Positions 15,455 to 30,600 of a stretch of DNA of 64,000 bases are shown here, piece after piece. Below the pieces are notes generated by a model. The model did not search any database. It worked only from the letters and a program-made list of their open reading frames with translations, and was not told the DNA's origin. The stretch lies in NCBI GenBank assembly GCA_903813345.2, contig CAIIXF020000001.1, forward strand, positions 37,014,001 to 37,078,000, read 5' to 3'. Source of the DNA: Owenia fusiformis (taxonomy: Eukaryota). Position numbers and translations under genes: made by a program. The stretch's first letter is position 1; each line of letters begins with the position of its first letter.

Positions 15455-16410
15455 AGTGGCCTTTTGTAATTTAGGGAGTTTCAGCCATGTAAATTTTTTC
15501 GAAAAATAACATGGCAGAGAAGCATCAAAATATACGAAGCCACACATATGATAGCCAAACAACAAAACAAACTAAAATATACAAAAGTTAGGTCTTGTAA
15601 ATATATTTCTATTTTTTCATATACATGTACTGTCTAAATAACAATATAGTCCTTTGATTGCATATTGGAAGAAGGTCACTTGCAATACGTACTTCCAGAA
15701 CTTGAGAAATCAGAGGATTAATCAAAATGATAGATAAGAAATAGTCCAAAGGCTACAGAGACTAGGGCAAAGGGGAATAACGTCAACACCATTTTTGGGT
15801 AATTTCGACATGTGGGGTAACTTCGACAACTTGTTGTTTATTTGATTTAATTTCCGATCTACAGTAGAGGGAAGCCATGTTTTTTTCTTGCAGGGACCGA
15901 GATCTCGCGAGGTTTTATTTTTCCTGAAATCAAACATGGCGGAAAAAGGACATTCTAAATTCTAATATAAAGTAAGTGTCGAAGTGTCCTTACATCGACA
16001 TTTCCCCACACGTCCATGTTAAACACTTTTGCCCTAGTGTGAGGCTTTTAAGAGATACAGTCAAAACAGAAATGTTTGTGACTGCTTTGAATTTAAAAAA
16101 TAAGCAATCAAATGACCATATTGAAACAGTTTATGTAAAAATAGAAACATTTATATTTATCCTAACTTTTGTATATTTCAGATAGTAATGTAAAATGTGC
16201 AGCAAAGCTGTGGCCTTTTGTAATTTAGGAAGTTTCAGCCATGTTAATTTTTCCGAAAATAACATGGCAGAGAAGTATCAAAATATAAGAGGACACAGAT
16301 ATGATAGCTAAACTACAAAACAAACTACACAAAAGTTAGGATAAATGTTTCTATTTTTACATAAACTGTTTCAATATGGTCATTTGATTCCTTATTTTTT
16401 AAATTCAAAG
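15455..16410. repeat. Complex direct and inverted repeat block
   Basis: 15456-15600 is duplicated at 16210-16345, and 16090-16170 is inverted at 16330-16410. Confidence 0.6.
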
Positions 16411-17056
16411 TAGAATCAATACTTCTATTTCCAAACACCCCCATCAAAAAATGTAGTTAGCTTGGCTGTACTGCACATCTGTAGAATAATTTTAGATATT
16501 ATGTTATGTGAATTAGATGCTGTAAAATGCATTTGCAGAAAAAAATTCTGAGAAAATGTCAAAAAATCTGGGGTATACCATTTTAACTACAATTTATTTT
16601 AGGGGGGTAAATCCAAACAGGAGTTTTTTTAGGGGGTAATTCTGAACACTAGCATGGGGGTAATTCCAAACACTTAACTAAACTTCATTGTTTTACTTGT
16701 AAGATTGATGGTATATCATTGTATGGTACCCTGAACTAATGATACTGGATCCTGACACCCCTGCATATCAATAACCCCAAATATAATTAATTTATAAGTG
16801 ACATCTATTTATTTAAAGGCATAGGGTTTGTGGGGGTAATTCCAAACACTGACATAGGGGTAATTCCGAACACATAAATCACCATAATTGATTATTTTAC
16901 CGTTAGAGTGTTGGTATATATCATTATATGGTATCTTTCAGGATATAAATATTATATAGAGGTACTATTATTCAATTAAATGATTTGCTTGCCATTGTTT
17001 GCAACCCGTTCGGGTTTACCCCCCTGTTTGGATTTAGACGTATTGACTCTAGTCAC

Positions 17057-17898
17057 TCGCCTTGCCCAAGTATTTTTTTTACAAATCTGATCTGTGAATT
17101 ATTACCGCCTTGTACAATCCAATACATCTCCGCTGATATTATGCTGAGATATTCAACAATTTCGAGATTTCCATAATACCTACGCTATCAGGGGTATCGC
17201 GAAACCTTATTGATTGACAGATCGCGTGGACGACACGACGTGTGACTTCAGGCTGACTGACCAATCAAAACGTTATCAGGTTGAGCTGCATAAACAAAGC
17301 AAACTTCCTGTCTACGACTTGTAATTCAATGATCTGATCGAGTGTTTCTTTAAGTTGCAATATCATTCATGAATATATTATGTAATTAAATGTACATTAG
17401 AATGTAAGAGTCATTAATAAATTAAATCATGCGATTCAATGTTGATTTAAAACTGATTTCGCGATGAAAATGCACGATGAAAATGTAGCGGGCCATGCAG
17501 TTGCAGTCGATCGGATCAGTGATTCAATCAGCCTACATGTCGATCATTTGAATTCAGTGATCGTTTCAACGTTTATTGTTGAAATCTTATCACCTCCGGT
17601 TATCCAATCGATGCTCCAGCATCCACTAATAAACTCTGATTGATATTTATCTGATAAAATATTTGTATTTTCATGATGAATTCGTGCAAGATTTGTTCGT
17701 GAAAAGTCCCGGTGAAAAGTGTACTTGTTTTTGACCGTGCATAATAATGAGCTAACGCTAGACTACAGGTCCGTCGTTGATTGGTCTAATTTTACCGACA
17801 TCAACAAACTGTAGGTAAAGCACATGGCTTTCTCTTTGGTACAAGGCGGTCATAATAGAAATCAAGATAAGTAAAAGAGACCAACTTGGGCAAGGCTA
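17057..17898. mobile_element. Family 1 hAT-like element copy B (inverted relative to A)
   Basis: Same TIRs, internal sequence is the reverse complement of copy A, CTAGTCAC near both flanks. Confidence 0.85.
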
Positions 17899-18129
17899 TC
17901 TAGGCCTAGTCACAAACATTTCTGTTTTGTATAGGCCCTACTTCTAATAAATTGGATCCGCCAAATTGTTAAAGATCTAATAGCAAAGGTTTTGCAAAAA
18001 TAAATCAATATAGTATAAAACAAATGTATGTATAATGAAGAAATAAATATATAATGAAAAAAATAGATATCTGTTTGTAATATTGGTATAAACTTAAGAT
18101 TAAAAAGTGTCACTATCTCTTTCACTTTT

Positions 18130-18590
18130 CAACAAATATAGGCTCACGTGACATGTGACGCGGGGCAGGCAATTTTGATCTATCGTACACCATATCAGTA
18201 TCAAATTGCTGATATTTCAACCTCGTCTTGCGAGGCCATTTTGATTTGAAACATCTTGAATTTGGTGTCAAAATGAAGCTGGTCACGCCCACTTTCAGAG
18301 TTATCAATGAATCATTTACTACGACTACTATATTCATTTAGGACGCGTGTAAAGTTAACCAATCAGACAGACAATTGTTCCATATATGGCAGTTCATTAA
18401 CATATTCAGTGTTTACTACTGCTTTTCGCGTCATGACAACACGAGTAGTAACCAATCAAGATGCCGTATTTTATCACGTGAGTTCAGAGTGACACGCACG
18501 TGACATGTTGTCTGAGGTGATCGCGATGTTGAACAATTTCTTCTCAGAATTTGTCCAGAGAAATCAGCGATTCTAAATTAAGGTAGGATC
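18130..18590. promoter_or_regulatory. Putative bidirectional promoter for NCAPD2 (-) and eIF4G (+)
   Basis: Locally CpG-rich. E-boxes CACGTG at 18145, 18475 and 18497; CCAAT at 18359 and 18452; CArG CCATATATGG at 18380-18389; plus-strand donor AAG|GTAGGA at 18583. The NCAPD2 start exon has a splice acceptor just upstream of its ATG, which implies a 5'UTR exon further right. Confidence 0.6.
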
Positions 18591-19331
18591 TGCCATTTTT
18601 TCCTGTACAAGTTATAACTTATCTCTATCGAATCCTAAAGTTTTGGAAGAAGATATGAAGCGTAGGTTTAAAAACGAAGCGATTAATTTGACGATCTGAT
18701 TTTGCAATTTGCAATGGCCAATTTACTGCAAGTCCAGTGCATGTATTTGACAAGAGATAGCGCCAAGTCTTGTATCTTAATGCTTGTTAAGCCACTCAAA
18801 AACAAGATCCATATTTTCTAAATTTGATAACTTTGCAGAAAACCTGTTTTCATAATCTGTTTTCCGCACCTAGATTCAAACTGAGTATGATAATAGGATC
18901 GCTGGAATCTTCAGTCAATGGCAACGGGTCTTCATTCCAGAACTCACATTTTTAGTTGATTCTCCGTCATAGTTCTTGTCTAAAGTCCCCATATCTGCTC
19001 TCTTACTGCCATACTTGCACACATTTCCCCTCCTTAAATTGTCTTCATTCAAATTACACCCTCTCGCCGATTTATATAGCCATTTCCCAGAACCCGGGAA
19101 TCAGAATCGCTGATGTTTGCCATATTGAACATATTGTATGTACTGTAATATCTGTACATTGCCTGCTATGCGTAATGGTCACGTGACTAGTGCGATACAG
19201 GAAAAATGGGGAATTTCGAAACAACAATTTTTGGGCACTTTTATTGCAAATTTCAGGTATTTATAAAGTGTTTGTGGTGTAAAATATAATCCACAGACAT
19301 AAATGAACATCCAAACTACATATTTCATTAA

Positions 19332-20562
19332 GGTTCAGCTGGAAAGTAACATTTTGGTAAAAAATTGCTATACCTGCACATGTTATTTTCCGGTACAAAA
19401 TAAAGTATGAAGGCATGTGTCAATTTCCTTGCTTTTTTCAGGAAAGTATCATTACACTGTTTACTTTTAGAATATCTGGAAACAGGACAATGGTAGCTCC
19501 TGTGTTGTCTGGAAACTTTGAAAGAAAATTTGGAAAAATAGAAAGTGTGAAATCAGAATTTCCTGGAGTTCCCATTGAACTCCTACTAGATATCCTTAAA
19601 GAAGACAATGTACTACTTTTTTCAAGGCCTGACTGCGTCGCTAACATGCTAAATATAAGAGTTAGCTGACGTTTGGGAGTCTGACTTACCTTCTAAAGGT
19701 TAGAACCCGAATCTTAATGAAACCATATCACCTTTGTTGCGTCAACCATGGAGCATTTGCCACAACATCCAAGAGGTAAATCATGGATCGAGAAAATGAA
19801 TGATTTCCTTGTAAGTTCCGGAAGTTTCAATACGAAAAATTACCGAACATATGTGAAAACCGAATATTTGTTCGTTGTTTTCACGATTTACAGGTTCGTT
19901 TGTTCTTCAATGTTTTGGTCTAAATTATAAAGCATCACCAACAGGTCTTACTCTATTAATAGACTAATACAGCAGACGGCTCATATTTCTACGTAGCATT
20001 TCATTCAGACCAATAGTGGGAGTGTAGATCACGCAGTTTCGTTCGTTGCGTACTTCACTTGAAATTGGTAAATTTAAATATTGACTACTTCACTTAGCTT
20101 GGCGGATGTAGAACATTGCTTAATATTCTTTTAATTTTCACAACAGACATGCTTGGTTGACACGTCAACAAAGTAAAGTTCAAGGGTCAATGCTTTATTT
20201 CGTGATAACTACAACGCCTTCCCGGAAGTCAACATTGATGAAAAATGAAAAAGTCGGAAAAGCATTTACGCTAATTTCTATCAAATGCTATGTTTATGCA
20301 TCATCATCGACGCAACAAAGGTGATATGGTTTCATTAAGATTCGGGTTCTAACCTTTAGAAGGTAAGTCAGACTCCCAAACGTCAGCTAACTCTTATATT
20401 TAGCATGTTAGCGACGCAGTCAGGCCTTGAAAAAAGTAGTAATGGTACTTTCCTGAAAAAAGCAAGACAATTGACACATGTCTTAATTCTTTATTTTGTA
20501 CCAGAAAATAACATGTGCTGGTATAGCAATTTTTTACCAAAATGTTACTTTCCAGCTGTACT
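19332..20562. mobile_element. Long-TIR non-autonomous element with TTAA TSD (Kolobok-like)
   Basis: TTAA at 19328-19331 and 20563-20566, RR...YY termini. Inverted arms 19332-19743 and 20309-20562; the left arm has about 160 bp extra. Confidence 0.75.
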
Positions 20563-21901
20563 TTAAGTTTTGGAGCCTTTTTTGCTCTTAAATTAACATC
20601 TTTAATTTCCCAGAATTTTAGTACCAATCCTAAACCAGAATGGATGATCCAGATTTAGACTTAGTCACACTCACCGTCTGAGTTGGTGATCAGTCACAAA
20701 AATTGATAGCCTTGGTCTCAGCTTAGGCCTAAGATTAGCTCTACAGTTGGGGACAAAAATAAATGACAGGTCGATTTTCGATCACCATTTCCTAATTATG
20801 GTGGTCTGAAAGCCCATAATTTCCAATATTGTCTAGATATATATCCCTTAAAATTTGTATATTTTACATTTTGTATAATCTCAACCACTGATGTATGGCC
20901 TCTTGTAAATTCTCATATTTTTAACATGGGAAATCCTCACTTCAGCAAATCCACCTGTCATTTATTTATGTCCCCAACTGTAGGCTTGATTCGAGACAAG
21001 TGTCGTGAATGAAAAACTTGATTCGAGACAAGTGTCGTGAATGAAAAACATCTGACGCGATTCTAGCGCGATTCGAGAAAATCAAATGTCTCATCAATAC
21101 ACACTGTAGTCTACAACTATGAACACTCAAAAAATGTGACAAAATCAACTTACCTGTTGTGCTATATGTCGAACAGTTTGGGGTTAATCATACCATTTGT
21201 TGAAAAAAGGAAAAATCTCAAATCCTTAAAAGATGGCCGCCTTTTTTCGAATCAACCAATCAAAATCCAGTATTTCATCATGACGCCCCTACTAAAAATT
21301 TTAAATTATCATCAGGGATGAATCATTTTAATTTTTTTAGCCTATGTATGTTTTAATTTTTTGTCTATAAGAAGGCAATAAAGCTATGTATTTACAGTCC
21401 ATTATTATTAACATATGAACACGCATTAAAAATCTGATTTCATCAGGGACTTTCTCTTGAATCATGATCAGCTGACGATTTCATTCATATATTCTTAGTA
21501 GTACAAAGATCTACTTTTACTTTACATGGAGATGAAAACGATTTTCGTCATCCAGATTGTATATTTACCTATTGCACATACGTAAGCCTTCAGCTCGAAA
21601 TGCTTTTTTGGAATAAAGCTTGGTAGTTGGAGTAAAAGAAATGAAAATGTATTTATGTATTTGAGATGACAAGAATGACATATCCACAAATGTTGGGCGT
21701 TTCACCGGAAATCCACGATGATTTACGGAATTTCACGATGTTGTCTCCTTGCAGACTCCAAAAAGGTAGCCATATTGAAAATGTAATTCACAATCTGTCC
21801 CAATCATCACATTTCTGATCTGATTTGACGTTAAATTACACGTGAGTATGATTACCTAGTATATTATCTATCTAAAATCATTCACATATGTTGTTTTGTA
21901 G

Positions 21902-22058
21902 GAGACACAAGCTTGGAAACAAGCTTTCATTTCGGTCCTTGACCAAGGACTTCGCAGAAACCACTTTCCTCTGAAATGAACATACAACAGGGGAGAAGTA
22001 ACACCATTTCGCCTCCTGTACAGATTCCAGCACAGTCGGGTCCTCTGGGCATACCTAT
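21902..22058 (+). CDS. Possible first coding exon of eIF4G (ATG 21976, MNIQQGRSNTISPPVQIPAQ...)
   Basis: Good acceptor (ttttgtag|) and a P/Q-rich reading frame from ATG 21976. The apparent donor at 22059 is phase 2, whereas the next exon (24670) needs phase 1, so the junction is unresolved. Confidence 0.35.
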
Positions 22059-24669
22059 GTATCCTTTTGACTTGACTGTAACTTCAAATCTGCTGTGAAT
22101 TTCCAACTATCGTTCTTTATTTGTTGGTATTTTTCACCGGTGCCATTTTTGTGAATGACGTGTTTCATTTCAATTCGTTTTGCTTGGAACGTGATAACTT
22201 GTTCTGTAATTAATATGACACAATTCGTACAGAAGATGCTTCTCTAGTATGACGCCCAACTTCTTGATACCGTTCAATACATTATTTCATGAAGTTGGTG
22301 AAAACTGATGGGTAAATTATTTTGGGGTGTGGACATTTTTATTCCATGCATGCATGATACCATTTGTTAGCCTTCCATTTGACCTTATTGCGTATCAACC
22401 TAAATAACACATAAGTAGATGCTCATAATTTCAGCCATGAAATCATCCCATTCATTGTCTATGTGACCCCACATTCTGATTTTGAATGAACCTGTCTTTA
22501 TTTGTTTCAAGTAAAAACACATGTCTCTGTTTTGTAATGACAACATTGGTGATTCATAGTCAGTGATTTGATCGTATTTCAAGGGCATTTCAGTGCTAAA
22601 TAGTACACACAAAATTGCGAAGGAATTGTACAAATTATTGTACAGTAAAAATTGACCAATTTGACATTCATCTTCAACAACTACCTCTTTCAAAAATTTA
22701 GAGGTAAGATAGAAGGTGGCTTACATTAATTATCTTGTGGCCTCATGGATTATAGGCTAGAATTGTTGTCTCACACTCAAAAGGTCTTTTCAGAGTTACT
22801 GAAATCTTTTTGGTTGTTTATTTATTTGTTGTATATTTTGCTTCTGTATAACATCATAAGATTGCACATTTGGAATGTTTCATTCTGAAGTTTTCTCTGC
22901 CCAGTCCCTAAAAACAAAGGTTGATTCTAAATAGAGATGATTGTATATGTACAATGATACGATAGAAGCATTTATTAGTATTCTCCATGAGGCAATATCG
23001 AGTTACAATGCCTCTTTTCACTTGGGATAAGCTCTGCCAAACTTTCTCATGATAATTTTTTGCCAAAATTGTTCTTACCCCCTTCACACATTTTTAAGTG
23101 TGAGAGGTATTTATATTAGTTAGTATTGAAGAGATCAAAACTAAATAAGAATAAAAGCTTGTTGTTTATATAACCAATAGACAATTTTCATGTTCTACAA
23201 ATTCAAAATTACTTCCTAATATATTCTAGTCAGTGTTGTTGATAACTAATCAGGAAACGCACATGGTTTGTATGTTATGTTAGTAACCAATATTACAAGT
23301 GACATGTCTAGCCACTTAGTAGAGGCCCAAACTTATTAATTAATTTTCAATAAATGTGATTGTTCAAAAGCGTATGTTGTATCAAATAGCCAATTTTGGT
23401 ACATAGTCCACATATTATCAGAGTCAGTTTATAATGTACTACTCAAAAGGAGAATCTTTTTACTGGAGATACGTACTGAAGGATAGGGAATATTTGAGGA
23501 AAAACATTGTTTGAAATTAAATAGACTATTATTAACAGTCGATCATTGACTTGACACAACTCCATTTTTTTCTGATTGCATCATTCTGTTATTGATGATG
23601 TAGAGCAAGATAACTGATGGAATTACATTTAGTTTGCTTAACATACTTTGTGCAGCTAATACATGTACAGAAGTAGGGGTAGATAGAGCTAGAGATATAT
23701 TTATAAACCAGCCATAGCCTTCAATAGGAGAAAGTAAAATATCCTTGGCAATGTATTAATCTTGGTTAAATTGACAGTAGAGGAAATGAGGCCTTATCCT
23801 TGCACTATGTTAGTTAGCTAACAGGATTAGTAAACATGGCAGAGAGATGCACCACTAATATGCATGCATAATTATACTATAAAATCCCTGAGACTGCTTG
23901 GTTTATTTGTCGATTTCAAATTACATTTTGAATCGTAATTTGATTTGTGTGAATAGTTTTTTGACATGTTTTTAAGTTAAATTATATAGAAAACCAATTG
24001 GTTACATACATAATTCTTTAAGTGAATTTATTTCATTTCAAATTCTAACCTTTAATAATACAAGGCCAAACACATGTCTTTGTTCACACAGTTTTCCATT
24101 GTTTCGAATTAGTTAATTCCATAGAATGGAAGTTTTAAAACTATTGAGCCAACATCTAAAGTTTTATTGAGCAGGTGGTCTGAAAAGATCAGCATGTCTT
24201 ATTAATTTAGATGATATGCCAAGAATGAGTCATAAATACAGAACATACAATCTTAAAATACTTTTATTTGTCTGCAATTGTCCTTAACTTTAGAACAGTC
24301 CGACCAACCAAGGGCCTACCCCTCCGGTACAGTACAGTAAGTACTTGCCAGCTTTACTAAGAGAATAGAATCTGAATTTGGAAAAATATTGAAACATCTA
24401 TGTTTGTATATAATTTAAGAATTGAACAAGCAATGACATGGCAAAATTCAAGTTTTATTATGATTCAAGTACACATACATGCACATAGACTTGGGGAGTA
24501 ATAGTGACTATCTGACATTGTCTTGTTTTCTCATTGGTTATTGTTGTCTGGGGGAAATTGAACTGTGCTGGACTGATTCTTTTGCACTATCTATATATCT
24601 TAATATAACACTGTTGTCCAAAAAGTGATCTGTTTTACTTATTGATTTCTTTTTTTTGTTTGATTACAG

Positions 24670-27600
24670 GGGCAGAAGAATACATAACACAGGCAAGGCC
24701 AAGTCCCCCTGTTTACCAAGTGAGTAAACTCCTGCTAATTCTGTCAAAAATAATGGTTGAGAGTAATGATTGAATCTAGTGAGAAAACATTATAGCCAAT
24801 TATTGATTAAACCTTTGACATGATTGCAATGCTCAAAGTAAATAGATGTATCTAAATTTGGTTCATTTAACAGTCTAGAAAACAAAACAAATTAATTTCA
24901 TCAATGTTGTGGTCCATTTAGTCCTGTGATGACAACACTGCGCAAATCTGAAGTGTTGAGCTGTCCTTTTGTGACTGTTCCGCTCTTGATCTAAAACCTT
25001 TAGCTTTAACTGAGGACTTACTGCCCCTTTAAGATTAGGTGTAGAAGATGCAGTCTTGTGTGTAAAAGTCCAGCTGTCATGTTGGATCATATTTCGGCAA
25101 ATGTTATTTTTCAAGGCTGCTAATAAAGTACTTATAATATTACAAAACCAACTTTTCAAAATTAATTAATTTCTAAACATTGCAATCAAAAAATAGAAGC
25201 TTGAAATTACTGTAATACCGCTAATGTCTGCTCTGTTTCAGTATACATTCGTGCCACAACAGAGTGGCAATGCTCATGATATGAACCAACAAGCCTCTTC
25301 ACACCCACATCCAGGACAATCTCCACAAATGGGTGTGCCTACCCAGCAGGCCAACCAGGCTCAGGTAGTCTACCCACAGGTCTCACAGGCACCTCGTCAC
25401 AGCACACCAGTGAGTCACATTTTATGCATATTGTATATGTGTCATACGAGTGAGAAAATATTTTGTTGGTTTGTTCAGATTTACCACATGTGTAAGCAGT
25501 AGTATAGTAGTATAGGACTTGTATTCTTCAGCTCATACTTCTAAGAACAGGTGGAATCTGTAATATTAAAGTGAACAATTAACCAACCTTTATTTTTTTT
25601 ACTCCCGACCTAAACCCCATTCTTCTGAAGAACAGTGCAATGGAAAACATAAAATTTGATTTGAGATCTTCTACCAATTAGGCTATATGTAGTGGGATTG
25701 ATGATGCAATAGGGGCCACTAATGGGATACTTTTCCACCAAAATGATGCACCTCATTAAATAGATTATTCTATATTCCTGATTTCAAACTTAAATTGTAT
25801 TAACCCTTTCCCGACGTGAATATAAGAGGAAAATGTTGTCCCCAGTGACGGATAAGTAAGAGTGTTTTTTAGGGGAAAACTGCAAAATACCTATGCCCTG
25901 GGACCTATACCTTGGATTTCATCACTGATATACAATTTTAGTAAGGATTATCACATAAGAACAACTTGTCAAAATTTGGTGTAAAAATACTGAATAGAAC
26001 TGGAGATATTGTCATTTCATTGATGTATATAAATAAAAATAATGGTGCCAAAAGGAGCCTATCGTCCTGAAAGGTATTACATAATAGGGCTCCATATGGA
26101 GCCTATCGTCGTGAAAGGGTTAAGCTTCAATGAACATCAAATTGTACTTTATGTCCTAATATGATGTGTTATAAAATGTGTAGGGTGTCTGCTTTGCTAA
26201 CCCCTAAACCTATGTAAAATTGGTGCAATTGTGTTCTCTGGGTCTTGACTGTCTTCACAATGTAACAAGCTAATTTTCCAGAGATTTGGTCAATGGGGTC
26301 AATTATTTTGTTCATTCCAGCCTAATCCTGTCTTGGAAACTGATGTAACAGCACAATGTTTAATTGACTGTCGTGTTTGACATCTAACAGACTTGAATCA
26401 TTTCAATATTTAAATGTATTGCTCTCTATAGGCGTTGCTATAGTAACTTCACTTGTTGCCATGGTGTCACGGGGAGCATATATTAAACATTGGTGTCTTC
26501 TACCTAGCTGAAGCTGTCTATAGCTTAGTTATTTTACTTACACCATACAATTGAAATATTTGTGTTTTACCACTAAAAGATGCAGTATACCATAGGTTTC
26601 TCTCCTGGACAATCAATGATGTCCCATTATTATTGCTTTTTTAGCTTACATATCTTACATACCTTAGATATATCTTAGATACCAAGTTATAGGTACATAT
26701 ATTATTGCCTATATATTGAAATGATCAACAAAATAACCCAATGTCAGAATTGTATATAATTGATTCTATGGCCATCAAAGAGAATCCTGTCAAGTGACCG
26801 CATGTGCCTTGGACCAGGCAGCCAATCATGTTCATATTTAAGTAGTGTCTGTGAAAGTAATTCAATCAATTGGTAGAATCACAAAATTAGCACTAAAAGC
26901 GGCCTATTTGTGACTTCTTGGTTGGGAAGCAGATCAATGAACATACAGGGTTCTCACTAGGCTTTTAGACTCCAGATAATGTCTTAAGACCCTCTTGCTC
27001 TAGAGTCTACTAGCTTTTCCAGAGTCTAAATTGTTTTTTCCGGAGAAGTCCGAACCCTTTTCGAAATGTATATTGTGATAAAATTTAAAATAATCTTCAG
27101 TAGCTATGATCTCCTCTGCATCTTTTTCGTGGCGCAGCACCTTGTACATGCATGCATATCATAACCTCGTTCTCTTATTCAGCTCATATCCATCTGAGAA
27201 AAATTCCTGGGGAGATCACTGAGTAGTATCTTGAAAAGTATTCTAATAGGATATCTCGGATCTTACATGGGGAGTAGCCTTGCCCAAGTCTGTCTCTTTT
27301 ACTTATCTATATTTCTATTTCACCGCCTTGTACCAAAGAGAAAGCCACATGCTTTACCGACAGTTTGTTGATGTCGGTAAAATTTGACCAATCAACGAGG
27401 GCCCTGTAGCGTTGGCTCATTATTATGCACGGTCAAAAAAAAGTACACCTTTCACCGGGACTTTTCACGAACAAATCTCAGTTGCACGAATCTGAGCCGA
27501 ATTCATCATGAAAATACGAATATTTTATCAGATAAATATCAATGAGAGTTTAGTGGATGCCGGGGCATCGATCGGATCACGAAAGGTGAGAAGATTTCAA

Positions 27601-30600
27601 CAATAAACGTTGAAACGATCGCTGAACATGTAGGCTGAGATTCAATCACCGATCAACGACAACATGACCCGCTACATTGGACTAGGTCTTTGTGCATTTT
27701 CATCGCGAAATCAGTTTTAAATCAACATTGAATCGCATGATTTAATTTATATTAATGACTCTTACCTTCCAATGTACATTTAATTACATAATATATTGTA
27801 ACTCTAAAGAAACACCCGATCAGATCATTGAATTTCAAGTCGTAGATGGGAAGTTTGTTTTGTTTATGCAGCTCAACCTGATAACGTTTTGATTGGTCAT
27901 TCAGGCTGAAGTCACACGTCGTGTCGACGCGATATCTGTCAATCAATAAGGTTTCGCGATACCCCTGATAGCGTACGTATTATGGAAATCTCGAAACCGT
28001 TGAATATTTCAGCATAATAACAGCGGGGATATATTGGATTGTACAAGGCGGTAATAATTCAAGATCAGATAAGTAAAAAAATAACGACTTGGGCAAGGCT
28101 AATGCGGAGGAGTTAGTTGCAATACTGCGAAAAATCTGGTGTCTAAAAATTTCTGGTGAGAACCCTGATATGTATTCAATATGTAAAAAAGTCCAGGGGT
28201 CTTGATTGTGCACTCCTATGGTATAGGGCCTCTTTAATGTGTTCTATCAAATCATTGATGGACCATGCTTTCTCAAAAATAACAATATAACCAAGAGAAA
28301 AGCTTCTGTAAACTGTGTAGGATAGGTATCGATATGATGAACTGAATTCAACAATGTTTTTCTCTTAAACCAATTCTTGAAAATATTCTGTAAATAAACA
28401 CTGTCCTTTATGTAATGTTGACTGATGGACAACAATTTAATGCAAAAATTATTTATAAATATTTTATGTAACTGTTTTTGCTAACTTTTTTTGTTTTTAG
28501 TGCAATTGTTTTTTGTTCCTTTCTACCAATTCTTGAGAATGAAATAAAATGTCTTTCCAAACCTTGTTGGAACAAAATAGCATATACAACATTTTCTTAG
28601 ACCTCTCAATATTATAGTTATAGTTATATATTATAGTTAAATTTTGGTTAATTTAACAAAAGTATGCAAAAACTTAACAAAATCTCCCAAAATAGATAAA
28701 AATTAAGACAAACCTTTTATTTCATTAACAAGATACGTTTTTAAAATCAACCAACTTTTCCTTTGTACAGTTACAATATTGAGAGACCTAAACACGTTGT
28801 GTTTATGTCATTTTGTTCCAATGAGGTTCAGATAGATGTTCCATTTCATTCCGAACATATGATACCAAGAACAAAAGAAGCGTCTGATGTGTTTTCTAAA
28901 ACAATATTTAGAAAAGTAGAATATATATATTTCAAATTGTAATGTTACCATCCAAAAGATGACCATTAAATTGACGATGTGTAAAATTTTAAGAATGTTT
29001 TGATGACTGATTTAAAAGAAACGCATGTTCAAAAAGTTCACCATATCGATACCACTCCTTTCAAATCATTTCATACAACATGTCTCCCAAGTTTATCCAT
29101 GAAAATCTTTGCTTATCTTCTAATGTATGGCTTTCAAACTACAGACACATATTGTCTTTGTTTTTGTGCAGAGGCTTCAGGAGCATTTTTACTCAAACTC
29201 TGAACATGATTCTCAGTGAATCTTTACAATTTGATTGATTGACCAAGTCCTCAAGTAATATATGTCCCTTTAGTTCATAGTATATTTTTTTTTTGTCCAT
29301 TGCAGACTTTTTATGCGCCAACAATGTCACAGAACATAAGACAACAGACACCTCAGCCGAGGCAACCATTGAGCATGGGTTCTAGTCCAGCCCAGACTTA
29401 CCAAATGCAACCCCCAATGTACCAAGTACAGGGACCGCACTACATGGCTGCTACACCTACTCCTACACAGATTTATGTGCCACCTGGCGTACCCATGCAG
29501 GTATGTATTTTGTGTACATCTCACTCTGCAATTTTTAGCTGGTCATTTGTCGACTCGGTCTTATCACAAATATTTACGAATGTGTGTCTTAGATGATGAT
29601 TGAATTGTATAGCTCATCAGAAAGTACTGATGAAGATTTTATTTCGCCCCTATCTGATATGACACATTTTTCTGAGAATTTAGTAATGTAGATGCCTTTA
29701 AGTCCCATTTTCTCTAGATTTCAGTATGCAATTTACAGATCATGCGCACTCTGGGTTATATCAGAATATCGGATCAGTGTAAAATCAAATGACATCATGT
29801 TATAACCCCTAGTTCATTCTTTATTGACATATTTGCTATTTCAGTACAACCCCAGGATGGTGAGTCAACAGGGTCAAACTCACTATACAATAACAGCCCC
29901 TTCACAGCCACAACAGTTTGGCATGCAACCCTCTCCAGCATCATACTACCAACAGCCGACACAACCCAACAACCCACGTAAGATGTTTTATACATTGAGC
30001 CCCTCCATCAAAAAGTGAAATGAACAGTTATTGACTTCTTTCCAATTAAAGGAAACTTCCCATGTCAAAATCAATGTGTGCAAAAAGATGATATTGGACT
30101 TCTTCAACCCTTTTAATGACTATTTGCTTTTAGTTAAGATACCTATCGTGATCTCAGCAGGAGATTAATTATGATTCAAAACTCACAAAATATTTCATAT
30201 CTAAGGAAGGGACCATATCCTGACACATCCTTTATAATTCTTTTCAGCTATATATTACTCAAACAATGTGACTGGACAACAAAGACCCATGGCTACACCA
30301 ACTCCACAAGCTCCCAAGAGGGAAAAGAAAATTTTAGTAATTAGTGACCCTGACACGGGGAAAGTAATAAATGAAGCAATGATCGGCAATAAAGCTAGCA
30401 CTCCTCCCCTTGCTGGTGAAAACACATCAGACACACCTCCAGCACAGCCTCCTACTTCAAATGTGAGTTTTCCTGCTTATAAATTGTGCAACAAATCTTG
30501 ATACTGCAAAATGATATGGCGCTAATAGAGCACCTTACGGCCTTTTTTATTATAAATTTTTCTTTGGATGTCATAAGTGATGATTGAATTGTATAGCTCA

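Noticed and set aside
19415..20627. Short ORFs within the TTAA element as a transposase
   Set aside because: No transposase motifs; the element is non-autonomous.
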